Assembly: GCF_036321535.1 (NCBI RefSeq)
Contig: NC_087437.1
Span: 16,246,001 to 16,310,000 of the forward strand
Origin: Camelus dromedarius
Taxonomy: Eukaryota
Length of the DNA stretch: 64,000 nt
Direction: 5' to 3'
Below, piece by piece: positions 12,353 through 24,890 of this stretch. The stretch's first letter is position 1. Every line of letters starts with the position of its first letter. A model generated the notes under the pieces. The model was not told the origin of the DNA and searched no databases. It worked only from the letters and a program-made list of their open reading frames with translations. A program made the translations under genes and the position numbers.

Positions 12353-14712
12353 CAGGTATACCTCAGAGATATTGTAGATTTGGTTCCCGACCACCGCGAT
12401 ACAGTGAATAATGCAATAAAGTGAGTCACACAAGTTTTTCGGTTTCCCAAGGCATATAAGAATTATGTTTACACTATACTGGTGTCTATTAAGTTTGCAA
12501 TAGCATTGTGTCTAAAAAAATGTACACAACTTAATTTAAAAAATGCTTTATTGCTAAAAGAAAATGCTAACCATCACCCAACCCTTCAATAAGTTGTAAT
12601 ATTTTTGTGATGGAGGCTCTTCCCTTGATGTTGATGGCTGTTGAGTGATCAGAGTGTTGTTTGCTGAAGTTTGGGGTGGCTGTGGCAATTTCTTAAAATG
12701 AGACAGTAATGAAATTTACCACATTGATCAACACTTTCTCTCATGAACAATTTCTCTGTAGCATACAATGCTTGTAGAATTTCTTTCAAAATTGGAGTCC
12801 ATCCTCTCAAACTCTGCTGCTCCTTTATCAACTAAGTTTATGTCATATTCCAAATCCTTCATGGTCATTTCAACAATCTTCACATCTTCACCAGGGGTAG
12901 ATTCCCAATGAAGAAACTACTCCCTTTGCTCGTCCATAAGAAGAAACTCCTCATCCACTGAATATATATAGTGAGGCTGCAGCAATTCAGTCCCATCTTC
13001 AGGCTCCAACTCTAATTCTAGTTCTCTTGCTGTTTCTTCCACATCTGCAGTTATTTCCTCCACTGAAGTTTTAAACCCCTCGAAGTCATCCATGAGGATT
13101 AAAATCAACTTCTTTCAAATTCCTGTTTATGTTGGTATTTTGACCTCTCCCATGAGTCACCAATGTTCTTAATGGCATCTAGAATGCTGAATCCTTTCCA
13201 GGGGTTTTTTAATAGACTTTGCCCAGATCAATCAGAGGAACCACTATCTATGACAGCTATAGCCTTACAAAATGTATTTCTTAAATAAGGCTTGAAACTC
13301 AAAATGAGTCCTTGATCCATGATCTGTAGAGTGGGTGTTGTGTTGGTAAGCATGAAAACAACATAAATCTTGTTGTCAATATTTATCAGAGCTCTTGGGT
13401 GATCAGGTGCATTAACAACAAACAATAATTTGAAAGAAATATTTTTTTTTCTCAGCAGTAGATCTCAACAGTGAACTTAAAATATTCATTAAACCATGTT
13501 TTAAACAGATACACTGTCATCCAGACTGTTATTCCACTTCCAGAGCGCAGGCAGAATAGATGTAGCACAATTCTAAAGGGTCCTAGGATTTTGGAATGGT
13601 AAATAAGCACTGACTTCAACTTCAAGTCACCAGTTGCATTAGCCCCTAACAGGAGAGTCAGCCTGTCCTTGGAAGCTTTGAAGCCAAACATTGACTTTTC
13701 CTCTCTTGCTGTGAAAGTCTTAGATGGCATCTTCTTCCAATAGAAGGTTATTTGTATACATAAAAAATTTGTCATTTAGTGTAGCCACTTTCATTAGCTA
13801 CCTTAGTGAGGTCTTCTAGAGAACTTGCTGCAGCTTCCTACATCAGCTCCTGGTGTTTTATCTTGCACTTCTATGTTACAGAGACAGCTTCTTTCCTTAA
13901 ATGTCATAAACCAACCTCTGCTAGCTTCAAATTTTTCTTCTGAAGCTTCCTCACCTCTTTCAACCTTCACAGAATTGAAGAGTTAGGACCTTGTTCTGAA
14001 TTAGGCTTTGGCTCAGGGAATTCTGTGGCTGGTTTTATTTTCTGTCCAGACCACTAAAACTTTCTCCACATCAGCAATAAAACTGTTTCACTTTCTTAAC
14101 ATTTGTGTGTCCACTGGAGTAGCAATTTTAGTTTCCTTCAAGAACTTTTCCTTTGCATTCGCAACATTAGCTAACTATTTGGTACAAGAGGTCTACCTTT
14201 TGGTCTGTCTTGGCTTTCAACATGCCTTCCTGATTAAGCTTAATCACATCTAACTTTTGATTTAAATTGTGAGACATGTGAGTCTTCTTTTCTCTTGAAC
14301 ACTTAGAGGCCACCATAGGGTTATTGATTGGCCTAATTTTAATATTGTTATGTCTCAGGGAAAAGAGAGGACTGAGGAGAGGGAGAGAGAGCAATCAAAA
14401 CATGCACAACATTAATGGATTAAGTTTACAATCTTATATGGGCAAAGTTTGTGGTGCCCCCAAACAATTACAATAGTAACATCAAAGACCATTGATCACA
14501 GATCACCAAAACATAATAATAATAATAATAAGTAGAAATTTTGAAATATCACAAAAGTTACTTAAATGTGACACAGAAATACAAAGTGAGCAAATGCTGT
14601 TGGAAAAATGGTGCTGATAGACTTGCTCAATGCAGGGTTGACAAAAACTTCTTATTTGTAAAAAAAAAAAAAAAGCAGTATCTACAAAGTGCAGAAAAAC
14701 GAGGTGTGCTGG
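12353..14712 (-). mobile_element. Tigger1 (TcMar) DNA transposon, near full length
   Basis: Termini caggtatacctc... and ...gaggtgtgctgg are each flanked by TA; minus-strand ORF fragments such as WKKMPSKTFTAREEKSMFGFKASKDRLTLLLGANATGDLKLK are Tigger1 transposase; reading frame is broken. Confidence 0.95.
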
Positions 14713-14769
14713 TACTTATTTGGGTCATAGAAACTAGGATTCATATGTTCTTTGAGGACAAGTATTAAA

Positions 14770-15660
14770 AGATAAAGCAAACCAAATCCAACAATGTGTT
14801 AAAAGGATCATACAACATAATCAAATGGGATTTACTCCAGTTATGCTAGGATGGCTCAACATTCACAAATCAATCAACCTGCTATATCACATTAACAAAG
14901 TGAAGGATAAAAATCATATGATCAAGTCAATAGATACTGAAAAAGGAATTTGACAAAATTAAACATCTATTTATGATTAAAAACTCTCAACAAAGTCTGT
15001 ATAGAGAGAATGTACAGCAATATAATAAAGGCCACATATGACAAACCCACAGTTAATGTCATACTCAACAGTGAAAACCTGAAAGCTTCTCTTATAAGAT
15101 CAGGAACATTCTCACCACTTTTATTCAACATAGTGTTGGAAGTCCTAGCCACAGCAATTCGGTAAGGAAAAAAAGTCATCCAAATTGAAAAAGAAGTAAA
15201 ATGACCACTATGTGCAGGTGACATGATACTATATATAGAAAACCCTAAAGACTCCACCAAAAACTGTTAGAACTAATAAATCAATCAGTAAAGTCACTGG
15301 ATAAAAAAATCAATATACAGAAAACCTGTGGCATTTGCGTAAACTAATAAAGAACTAGAAAGAGAAATTAAGAAAACAAGCCCATTTATAATTGCATCAA
15401 AAAATACCTAGGAATAAATTTAATTAAGGTGGTAAAAAAGCTGTACACTAAAAACTATAAGACACTGATGAAAGAAATTGAAGAAGATGCAAATAAATGA
15501 AATATGGAAAGGTATTCCATGTTCATGGATTGGAAGAATTAATATCATTAATAATGTGCATACTACTAGAAGCAATCTACAGATTCAATGCAATCCCTAT
15601 CAAAATACCAATAACATACTTCAGGGAACTAGAACAAATAATTCTAAAATTTGTATGGAG
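14770..15660 (+). mobile_element. L1 ORF2 (RT region) fragment
   Basis: caacattcacaaatcaatcaa..., gaagtcctagccacagcaat, [15 protein letters not shown] in ORF 15497-15751. Confidence 0.9.
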
Positions 15661-15797
15661 CCACCAGAGCCAGTTGTTTAGTGGGTGTCCTCTACATGGG
15701 CTGCATGAGCCCTCCTGTAGTGGTGGGGCTGAGGCTTCTGTTGCAGCATAAAACCCAGCTTGTCTGAGGCCCACTAAAGACTATTGCAGTGTGCAGG

Positions 15798-16188
15798 TGT
15801 CCATATGTTTTGTGGAAGGAGATGAATTTATTCAGGATCTTTGGACACTGCCATCTTGAACCCTCCCTTGAGAATCAGGCACTCTTGAAATGTATAGTCA
15901 GTGATCACTGGCAGGTAGACTATGTCACAGGCAAGTGTTTTGGGACTCACTAAAACCAGGGATGGCACCTGTTGTTTGAGATGACTTGAGGAGATTTTTC
16001 TTCAAGTAGCAGCACTGTCATTGGGCCCATGCTTGCCTCTGTGTGTATGCTACAATTCTATCCTTGTCAAACATTCTCCTTTATGTTCTTTGTCAAGCCC
16101 ATGCCTGATTATCCTTGAATCGTCAAATGTCATTGCCCCTGGGAAATCCAGCAGGCTGAGCATCACCCCCGCTTCTCCAGGGGGCAAA
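15798..16188 (+). pseudogene. Cadherin EC remnant
   Basis: cag|VSICFVEGDEFIQ..TLP*ESGT; IFLQVAA; GKSSRLSITPASPGGK ending at a strong donor aaa|gtgagt (16189). Confidence 0.5.
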
Positions 16189-16329
16189 GTGAGTATCTTC
16201 CTACTGGGCAGCCACACAGCACTGTGTATTCGCCTGTATGGAATTCCCCTTGGTGCTGAGATCATGAATTTGACACCACATAGCAAAGGTCCAGAACTCA
16301 AACCCCACTGGAAACAGTATTAGCATCTT

Positions 16330-16530
16330 TAACAAAAGTAGAATTCTTGGGTTTGATTTCCAGCTCTTGCACCCACTAGCTGGGTGACCTTGGACAAATT
16401 ATACAATCTCGTTGTCTCCAGTTTTTAAAATCTATAAAATAGGATCTTCTTGGGAGGACTGAATAAGACAGTGCACACCAAGTGCATGGTGCACTGCCCA
16501 TCACAGAGTGTTCTCCATTGATGGGAACAA
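16330..16530 (+). mobile_element. MIR SINE
   Basis: gggtttgatttccagctct...cactagctgggtgaccttggacaaatt...tctataaaatagg. Confidence 0.7.
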
Positions 16531-17185
16531 ACATTATATTATCCTGTTGCTGTTTCCACATCTGCCTTCTCCTCTAGTCCATGAACTTCTCTAGGACAAA
16601 ACCTTTTCTTATTCATCCCTGTCTCTGCAGAGCCCATCAAGGTGCCTCCACCTTGTGTGCACTAGTAGATTCATGATAGATGTCTGTGGAGAGACAAAAT
16701 TGGATGGCTTTGATCCTCTGATATTTCTTGGACTCCCCCTCTCCCAGTGCTCAGCTCTGGAGCTGGGAGACTCCCGCCAGGACAGGTCTTGATCCCCTCC
16801 CCAGGCGTGGCAGATGTTTCTTTGTCTGGCTCCAGCCCATAAGGCACCAGCTCCCAGGCTCTCTCATTCCCTCTGATTCATCACTCCCGGAGCTCCATGT
16901 CCAACATGGCTTTATGTAGCGACATAAGTGGCAGTTCAGTGGTGTGTGCAGGCTTTGCTTTCATTTTGAATCAATGGAAGTTAAAAAAAAATCTTACCTT
17001 ATTCCTCAAAGGCCCATAAAGCCCTTCATGGGGCTCAAGAGGATTGTTCACTGTAAGATTTTAAAATTGCTTCCAAGTTACTTATCATTCATTCAGGCTC
17101 ACGCTATTCTTTAAAATTCTTATTGATTTTGGAAACAGTTCTTTAATTGATATCAAAAAGCAATTACATTTTCCAGGCTGTAAAT

Positions 17186-17660
17186 CTGCTTCACTCCCAA
17201 TATTAAATTCATCATCTCTGTAAATAATTTTCTCTTATTATGCATACGTATTAACCAAACTAGAAATAGCATCATTAGCGTGCCCATGGTTGCCTTAATA
17301 ATCAGTGACCCTTGAATTTGATTTAGAAAAATTGATTCCTGCTGAAATTTTCTCTTAAATGAAATTGCCATCCCTGCTGAATGTCCGGGCAAATGAAGGC
17401 ATTAAAGAGTCGTTCCCTTCCATTTCCTCTTGGACTCCAATACAGCAGTTTTAAGCAGGGATTCACATAGACTCACCTGTTGATGAGCAGTCCTTCAAAG
17501 TCACTGCCTTAACAGCACGCATATTATTTTTTATTTGATGCTCAAGTTTTAATTTTTAAGAGAGGAGACTTCTCAGCATTGCACTCCCTTCTAAACACAC
17601 AGAAGTTCATGGAGCCCTCATCTTGAAACCTGATGTTCAGCTTTGGACAGACTATGGGGA
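17186..17660 (+). pseudogene. Cadherin EC remnants
   Basis: VTLEFDLEK; GIHIDSPVDEQSFKVTA (17458-17508) equals I.E.SPVG...FKVTA; HGALILKPDVQ/LDR. Confidence 0.55.
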
Positions 17661-18508
17661 GGGGGGATCGGGGAGGAAGAGGAGCAGAGAAAGCTGGGCT
17701 TCCTACCAGAACAATCTATAGCCTTTGAGCATGGGTAGATGGAGAACCACACAGCAACGTTGGGGAAATGCCCATGATGTGACACCAGGAGAACAGAGCA
17801 GAATCCAGGGTGATAACTGGGCTTTGAGCCAAGCAACATAAAATATGAAGGAATGAGGATAAAGACTAAAAGGAGACTCAGGAAAATTAAAATAGTTGAT
17901 TTAGGGTGATTTTATGAATAAATGTATTTCCCTTTCTTCTTCTTTTTCCCCTTACTTTATTCTTCTGCTATTTTAATAAAATAAATAAAAAGATATACTA
18001 ATAATTTTAATGATATTTTAATAAATACAAAATTGGAGGAAAATAGGGGGAAAAGGAAGAAAAGAATATTTGAGTTAGGGAAATCTTACTCTATGTATGC
18101 CTTGGTTAGAATCATTTAACAACCCTATGACTCTAAGGAATTGTGGTGTGATGGAAGGTTGTGAATTTTGTGCTAGACCCAAGAGGGACCCCAGCCCTTT
18201 ACCAGGCGAGCAGGCTGGGAAAGCTTCACATCCCACAGGTCTTGTGATAAGTCAACAAAATAATGTTTCCAAGGAAACCAGCACATGGGAGGCAATCTGA
18301 AACTCACCTTCCACATTGGTAAAATGGGGATATTTGTGTTTATACTGTCTAAACATTGACTTATTTAAACTATATGAAAGCTACTTCTGAAACTATAAAA
18401 TTGGGTACAAATACTGTTATTATTGATCCAAGTGAGACTAGATTTCAAAGGAGGAAAGGGAAGTGGCTGCCCAAGGGGACAGTTTCTGTAAGCTCCCCTG
18501 TCTGATAG

Positions 18509-18780
18509 GTCAAGAAGTCTGAAAGTCTGCCAGTGCACCTGCACCTCTCAGGGTCATGATGCCTTTGAGACACCAGGTCCTCTTACTATAATGCAACATC
18601 TCCACAGGATAGGGAGGAGAATGGATGGTCATATTTTGAGTCTTTATACCTGAAATCTTGAGAGGTTGATCTGAAAACAAGGCTCTTCCACCTTGGGATG
18701 GAGCCCTGAAGGTGTGTGTGCTTGCCAAGGACACAGAAGAAATTGGGTTGAAAAGTCTCCAAGACAAATTTGCCTGATGG
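18509..18780 (+). pseudogene. Cadherin EC remnant, nearly one whole repeat
   Basis: tag|VKKSESLPV / LRV...LLL*CNISTG*GG / KS*EVDLKTRL / LKVCVLAKDTEEIGLKS, with strands in correct order. Confidence 0.7.
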
Positions 18781-18814
18781 GGTCCCCATTTGGCCCGCTC
18801 CACCCTATCCTATG

Positions 18815-19440
18815 TGTAATTGTGAGACAGAAAATTGGACAGAAGCAAGAATTTGAGAGCATAATGACTGTTTTCAAATATGGCAACAAACATCAAGCTT
18901 CAGATGCAAGAAGTGCTATGAATTACAAGCAGAATTAACTACAAAGAAAACCAAACTGAGCACATTATAATAAAATTACAAACATATATACAAATTATAG
19001 TTTACTAATAAAATTTGACATATTTTTATATCCATGCAGCCAACATCCAGAACAAAATGTAGAACATATTCATTATTCCAGAAGTTTTCTTCATGCTCCT
19101 TTCCAGTCAATCCCCACACCCGGATGCAACCACTATTCAATTTCTATTACTATAAATTAGTTTTGGCTGTTCTTAAGCTATGTAAAAATAAGATTGTACA
19201 GTAGGTACTTTTTTGTGTCTGTCTTCTTTTCCTCAATATGTTTTCGAGAATTATTTATGTTTGTGTGTATTAGTAACTTCTTAAAAAATTGCTAAGTAGT
19301 ATTCTATTTTGTGAGTATAGCACATTTTGTTTATTTATTTTCCTATTCTTGTTAACACTCTCAGAACACTCCAAAATGAAGGGAACTTCTTCTATCTGAT
19401 AAAGCAAATTTATAGAAAAATCTATAACTAAAATGTACTT
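18815..19440. mobile_element. Jumble of old L1 fragments (ORF1 piece +, 3' UTR -, ORF2 piece +)
   Basis: tttgagagcataatgact...cagatgcaagaag; ccagaagttttcttcatgctcctttccagtcaatcccc; gaagggaacttc...tctgataaag. Confidence 0.65.
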
Positions 19441-19461
19441 CCTCATCTGGCTCTTAGGTTA

Positions 19462-21682
19462 TGTCTTGGTCTTTTTAGGCTGCTATCAAAATATGATAAA
19501 ATGAGAAGATTTAACAACACAGTTCTGAAGGCTTGGAATTCCCACAATCTGGGAATTGGCCAATTCAGTTCCTGATGGGCAGATTATCATCCTCTTGCAA
19601 TGTCCACACATGGTGGAGACAGAGAGAGGTAGCTCTCTGGTTTCTTCTTATGAAGGGCACAAATACCATCATAAGGACCCCACCGTCATGGCTTCATCTA
19701 AACTGGATTACCCACCAAAGCCCTCACCGACTAATATCATAACATTGGCGGTAGGGCTTCAACATATGAATTTGGGAGAGATATAAACATTCAATCCATA
19801 ACATTTTGCTCCAGGTCTTCCCAAACACATGTCTCTCTTGAATGCAAAATACATTTCTTCCATCAAAAGTCTTAACTCATTCCAGCATCAGCTCCAAAGT
19901 CTACAGTCCAAAGTCCCAACTAAATATCATCAAAATCAGATATGGGTGTGACTTGAGGTACACTTCATCCTGAGGCAAAATTCTTCTCTAGCAAAACCAG
20001 ATCAGTTATGTGTTTCCAAATTACAATGGTGAGACAGGCATAGGATAGGCACTCTTATTCCAAGAGGAAAACTTGGAAGGAGAAAGGGAATGATGTGTCC
20101 TAGACAAGTCCTAAACTTAGCAAGACAAATTCCATGAGATCTCATGGCTCGAGCATAATCCTCTTTGGTCTGACGCTCTGCCCTCCAGGCTCACAGGGGT
20201 GACAGCATCACCCCCACAGCTTGGCAAGTTGGTCCTGCCTCTTCAGCTCTGTGGGCTGCTGCACACATGGCTCTCTGGGAAGGCTCTGCCCCTGAGGTAC
20301 TGACCCTCCAAACCAGAGAGGTAGCCCCACCCTCTTAAACCAAGGAGGAGCTACCTCCCAACCCCCACCAGTGGCAGGAATGGCAGCGCTGACTATCACC
20401 GAATCACCTTGGGTGTCATTTTTTTCCCTTTTCTTGAAAAATAGCACATGTTGGCAGGATTTGTTCCTCCTGTCCTATTGTCCCTGTTTCTTTTAGTCCC
20501 AGCTTGCAGTATTTCTGTGGGTATAATTCTATCTCTAGTCCTGGCTTCCACTGAAATGGCTGATTAGGTCATTGGTTCACACCCACACTAATCTCCTTAC
20601 TGGTTAGCCACACACTTAGACTTCTCTTCCAAATGGGATTTCTCATTTTTGTTTTGCTTTGCTTTGCTTTGTTTTGAATATGGATAGGCTGAGAATTTTC
20701 CAAATTTACATTCTGGTTCCTTTTTGTTTAACAATCCCTTCTTCAATTCATTTCTCTCTTCTTGCATTTTACTGTAAGCAGTCGGGAGGAACCAAGCCTC
20801 TCCTTCAACACTTTGTTTAGAAATCTCCTCAGCTTAATATTCAATTTCATTGCTCACAAATTCTACCTTCCACAAAACACTAGAACACAAACACAATTCA
20901 GCCAAGTTCCCCCCCCCCCCTTTATAATAAGGATTACCTTTTCCCCATTGTTCAATAACATGTTCCTCGTTTCTGTTTGAGACCTCATCGGACTGACCCT
21001 TGTTGTCTATATTTTTTCAACATTCTGTACATGATTGCTTACGTATTTTCTAAGAAGATGGATGCTTTCTGTACAGCTCTCCTCTTCTCTTTCTGAGGTC
21101 TTACCAGAGTCACCTTTAAAATCCCTTCCTGACAATATTGGATTTTTCTAGCATGTACCTCAAAGCCCTTCCCATTTCTACCCATTACCCATTTCCAAAG
21201 CTGCTTCCACATTGCAGGGAATCTGCTACAGCAGCACCCCATTTCTCAGTCCAAGCATTGTCTTAATCTGCTTGGGCTGCTATAGCAAAATACCACAAAC
21301 TGGGTGGTGTAGAAAGCACTACAGATGTTTATTTCTCAGTGTGGAGTCTGGGAAGTCCAAGATGAAGGTGTCAGCATAACTGGCTTCTGATGAGAGCTTG
21401 CTTCCTGGCTTATAAAATAGCTACCTTCTCTGTGCTCACATAGGTTTTCCTTAGTGTGTGTGCATGGGTGTGTGTGTGTGTGTGTGTGTGGCGGGGCAGA
21501 GATTGAGAGAGGGAAATCCATTCCTCTTCTTCAAAGGGCACTAATGCCATCAAAGGGGCCCCACCCTCATGACCTCTTCTAAATCTATGACTACCAAAAG
21601 GCCCCACTTCCAAACATCCTCACGTTGGGAAGAGGTTCAACATACGAATTTTGAGGGGAGACAAACATTGGGTTCATATCCA
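19462..21682 (-). mobile_element. MLT1A-like MaLR element: LTR (19462-19803), internal region, LTR (21259-21682)
   Basis: Two LTRs that start tgtctt.gtc...gctgctat and end aaacatt....cata.ca flank a MaLR-int sequence (aaagtcttaactcattccagcat, acaatggtgagacaggcataggatag, caaagctgcttccacatt). Confidence 0.85.
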
Positions 21683-21774
21683 TTTTCCATATGCCAGTTC
21701 CTTATGCCCTTACCCTGTGCACCACAGATCATGCACAGGGCTCAGGTGAACATCAAGTGTCATTTGGAGGAGGC

Positions 21775-22660
21775 TGATATCAGTCATCTTTTGCTACAAT
21801 GAATTTGTGAAACACAGAACCTTAGAATCTCAGAGGCTTATGTCGAGTGAGAGAAATCGCACAATGTGAGAGCTAGCTATGAGTAAAATTTTATTTGGGG
21901 CCAAAGGAGAACTACGGCCTGGGAAACAACCTCTCAGATAGTTCTGAGGAGCTGCTCTGAACAGGAAGAGAGGGAGGTCAGTGTACATGTGGTTTTGGTG
22001 AAGGGGGTATACTTGCAGTCAAGCACACATTTTGGCAGAGAGTTGCTGCTCGTCTCCAGGAGCAGATGTCTCTGTTAATTATTTTAGTGCTTTTCTAGAA
22101 AAGCAAAAATGCAAGAAATTAGGCTCATAAAATCTTCTCCTGAAAATATCTAACTATCTGAAGGCCTGTTCTGCTGGCTTTCCCAGAGCACAGAGGGCCT
22201 CATTCCTGATCTCCGCCCTGGACTCTTTTCAGGGTGTGCTGAAGGTCCGAAACTGCAGTGGCTCATGACTTCATCCTTGTAGGACCAGATGGCGAGCAAC
22301 AGTTTTTAGTTGGCACTTACAACCATAACTATTCGTATATTTCTCGAGTTGTACGATAATGGCTGTGGTCATGCCCTGTGGCTGTGTCCCATGTCTCTTC
22401 ATTCTAGGACCCAGACTGCAGGGTGCCCCCATAATCAGAATATAATGTTCTTACGGCGGAAAAAACAGCCTGAGAATCTCTCTAAAAGGCTTTGTTTAGA
22501 ACTGGCACAGTGAGATGTCTGCTCACATTCTGTCGTCCAAAGCTAGTCACTTGGCAAGGTCCAGTGTTAATGGGTTGGATAAGTATCTGCCTCCCAAGGT
22601 GAAGTGTGGGGTGGGGGCTGGGGAAAAGAAATGTATGCTATGCACTGAACAATAACCCAC
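21775..22660 (-). mobile_element. Older MLT1-family LTR split by an ERV1 solo LTR
   Basis: aatctcagaggctta | caaccata...tctcttcattctaggacccagactg...gccaaagctagtcac-like continuity across the insert. Confidence 0.55.
21841..22315 (-). mobile_element. ERV1 solo LTR (MER41-like type)
   Basis: TG...CA termini, 475 bp, perfect 4-bp TSD ctta (21837-21840 and 22316-22319), minus-strand AATAAA. Confidence 0.8.
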
Positions 22661-23069
22661 TGCCGCTGGGGTGGAACTCATGAGCAGAAGCGCCAGCCAG
22701 TGCCTGGGTCCCCCATTTTCTCAGCATCTTGCAGGGACATGTGTGGGGACCAGCTGTGGACACAGAGGGCATGCTCTAGTGCAGAGAGCCTGCCACTCTG
22801 CTACTCAATCTTTTAAGGTGTGCACCTGAGAACAGCCTTGTCTGTGAGTAATAAACAGTCTAACCCCAGGTGCTAAGCCATCCAGGTTCCTGGCTGCGCA
22901 GAGAGTTGTCTGAGAAGGCCAGTTTCCAGCACTCCACCACCCAGACGGGAGTCAGATTCAGCGGAGGAGGAAGTGATGCCCCCAGCCCTGTGGGAAGCCT
23001 TCATCCCAGCCAGCTCATTGCCAGGAAACATGAGGCTCCACAGTGGCTCTCTCTCTCTCTCTCTCTTTT

Positions 23070-23310
23070 TAATTTAAAAGTTTATTTGATCAAATATCAA
23101 TTTGAATCAAGCAGCATCCAATCTAGCAGATAAAAAGGAGCTCCAAGGAGCCGTATAAAATGGAAAATTTTATAGGCAGAAGGGAGAAGGCACAAGGACA
23201 TTATACTAGGCAAAAAGCAGCTTGGTTATTGCAAAGTTACTTTCCTTTAGGGGATGGCAGGGGGCTTTCGGGCAGATTGCCTAATGAGTGCTGATCAGGA
23301 GATTCCTTTC
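23070..23310 (-). mobile_element. ERV LTR fragment
   Basis: aaagtttatttga...ttttataggcagaa...gcttggttattgcaaagttactttcc; LTR-like, with TATA and polyA signals on the minus strand. Confidence 0.5.
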
Positions 23311-23360
23311 TTAAAAAAACATTTTAAAATTCACATATATGTCTGTTCATTGTTTCTAAG

Positions 23361-23680
23361 AACAGTGGTCCTCTTGAGCGGCACCCACATCTGCTCCCTT
23401 CTTCAGACCAGCCTCCGACTGGGAGAATCTCACCTTACCCCGTCATCACTTGGCCAGCAGCTGACTCTGGAGCTCTCTCTCCACTGCGCAGTTCTCAGCT
23501 CTCAGTTGGTCCTTCTCTTCAGGCTCCTCCAGTGCCTGGGTTTCCCCTACTCTCAGGGACATAGGACAAGCTCTTCGAGTGGTTCATCTAATGCCCCATC
23601 TCTGAGATTAGAGGGAGAGAAAAACACTTCATTTCCTTTCACAGACAGGGGTGGGACATGCCACACACTCCAGCCACTCC
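23361..23680 (+). pseudogene. Cadherin EC remnant
   Basis: HICS..TSLRLGESHLTPSSLGQ / AADSGALSPLRSS / VVHLMPHL*D*RE / FTDRGG. Confidence 0.4.
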
Positions 23681-24029
23681 TTCCAAAGAAATTCTCCCTT
23701 CCGACCTCCCCACCATCATCATATTCTAGAGGCTGGAGGTGGGCGACCAGCTAATGCCGTCACGTCACTTTACAATATGAAGCTATTTGGACTTACCGCA
23801 TTGGTGTTTGGGTCAAACCTGAGCCATAGAGATCGTCATTTTAATAAGCTTCTATAACAATTAAGCTTTGATAACGCTGGATGGTGGTATCATCCTATAA
23901 TTTCCTATAACTTTTTTTGTTTTTAATATTTCCTAATGTAAGTTTTTTGGTGACCAATATTTCAAGTATTTTATTTTACATAGAATTTATCCAAGTATTC
24001 AACAATTATCCATTAATTAACCCAATGTA

Positions 24030-24420
24030 ATTTTTTTTTTAATGAGGGGTAGTTGGGTGGTCAAACAAGGCTTCTCTAAGGAGGCAGAGAACTGAACGAA
24101 AGAAGAGGTGGAAAGTTTGTCATGGGCCAAGGGGACAACAAGTGCAAAGGCTCTGAGGTAGCTGTAACTCCAGCATGTTCCAGGGACAGAAAGACCTGTG
24201 GGGCTGGAGTGCAGTGAAAGGCAGAGCAATAGAAGGTGAGACCAGACAGAGAGGCCACGCTAGGAGTCTGCATTTGAAGGGTTTTGCATGGGAACATATG
24301 ACATAGTTCACACTTTAAAAAGAGCCCCCTGGCTATTGAGGGGAGACAGCCTATACTGAGGTAAGAGTAGGCTCAGGGGGACATTTGCAGGGGTCTGATG
24401 GAGAGACAGAGTGCAGCACA
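24030..24420 (-). mobile_element. L2 fragment
   Basis: ggtggtcaaacaaggcttctctaaggagg...acaagtgcaaaggctctgagg...gggctggagtgcagtga. Confidence 0.7.
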
Positions 24421-24689
24421 GGCCACCTGGACCTTTTCCTTCCTTGGTTCACAACAAGGAGATTGCATTTCACAGCCTCCTTTGCCGTTAAGACTGCCAT
24501 TGACTTTTTTGCCAATGAAATATACATGTAATATGAGAAGGAAATAAGCTTTTATTGTATCAAATGACTGAAATCAAGAGGTATGTTTGTTGCAGCAGCT
24601 AATATTCCCATACCTAGCAAAGGATGGTGCCATGAGGTTATGAGAAGTGATCAGTTTTAGAATATACAGCATTGTGAAAGCAGGTACTA

Positions 24690-24890
24690 TCCAAAGAGCA
24701 TCTAGAGACCAGACTAGGCAATGCGAGCATCTTGGCTCTAATCCTCACAAGACTCCTGAAAGGAAAGTATTACTGTCCTGATTTTACCATTGATGAAATG
24801 AGGCTCAGCAAAGTTAAATTACTCATGTGGGACCACACAGTGGCAGGGCCAGGATTGGAATTCCAGGACTGTCTGTCTCTCATTTTGCTC
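24690..24890 (-). mobile_element. MIR SINE
   Basis: taatcctcacaa...attttacc..tgatgaaatgaggctcag..aagttaa...gggccaggattggaa. Confidence 0.65.

Noticed and set aside
12917..14394. Transposase ORFs as a domesticated TIGD-like gene
   Set aside because: Fragmented across frames with stops; an ordinary decayed Tigger1
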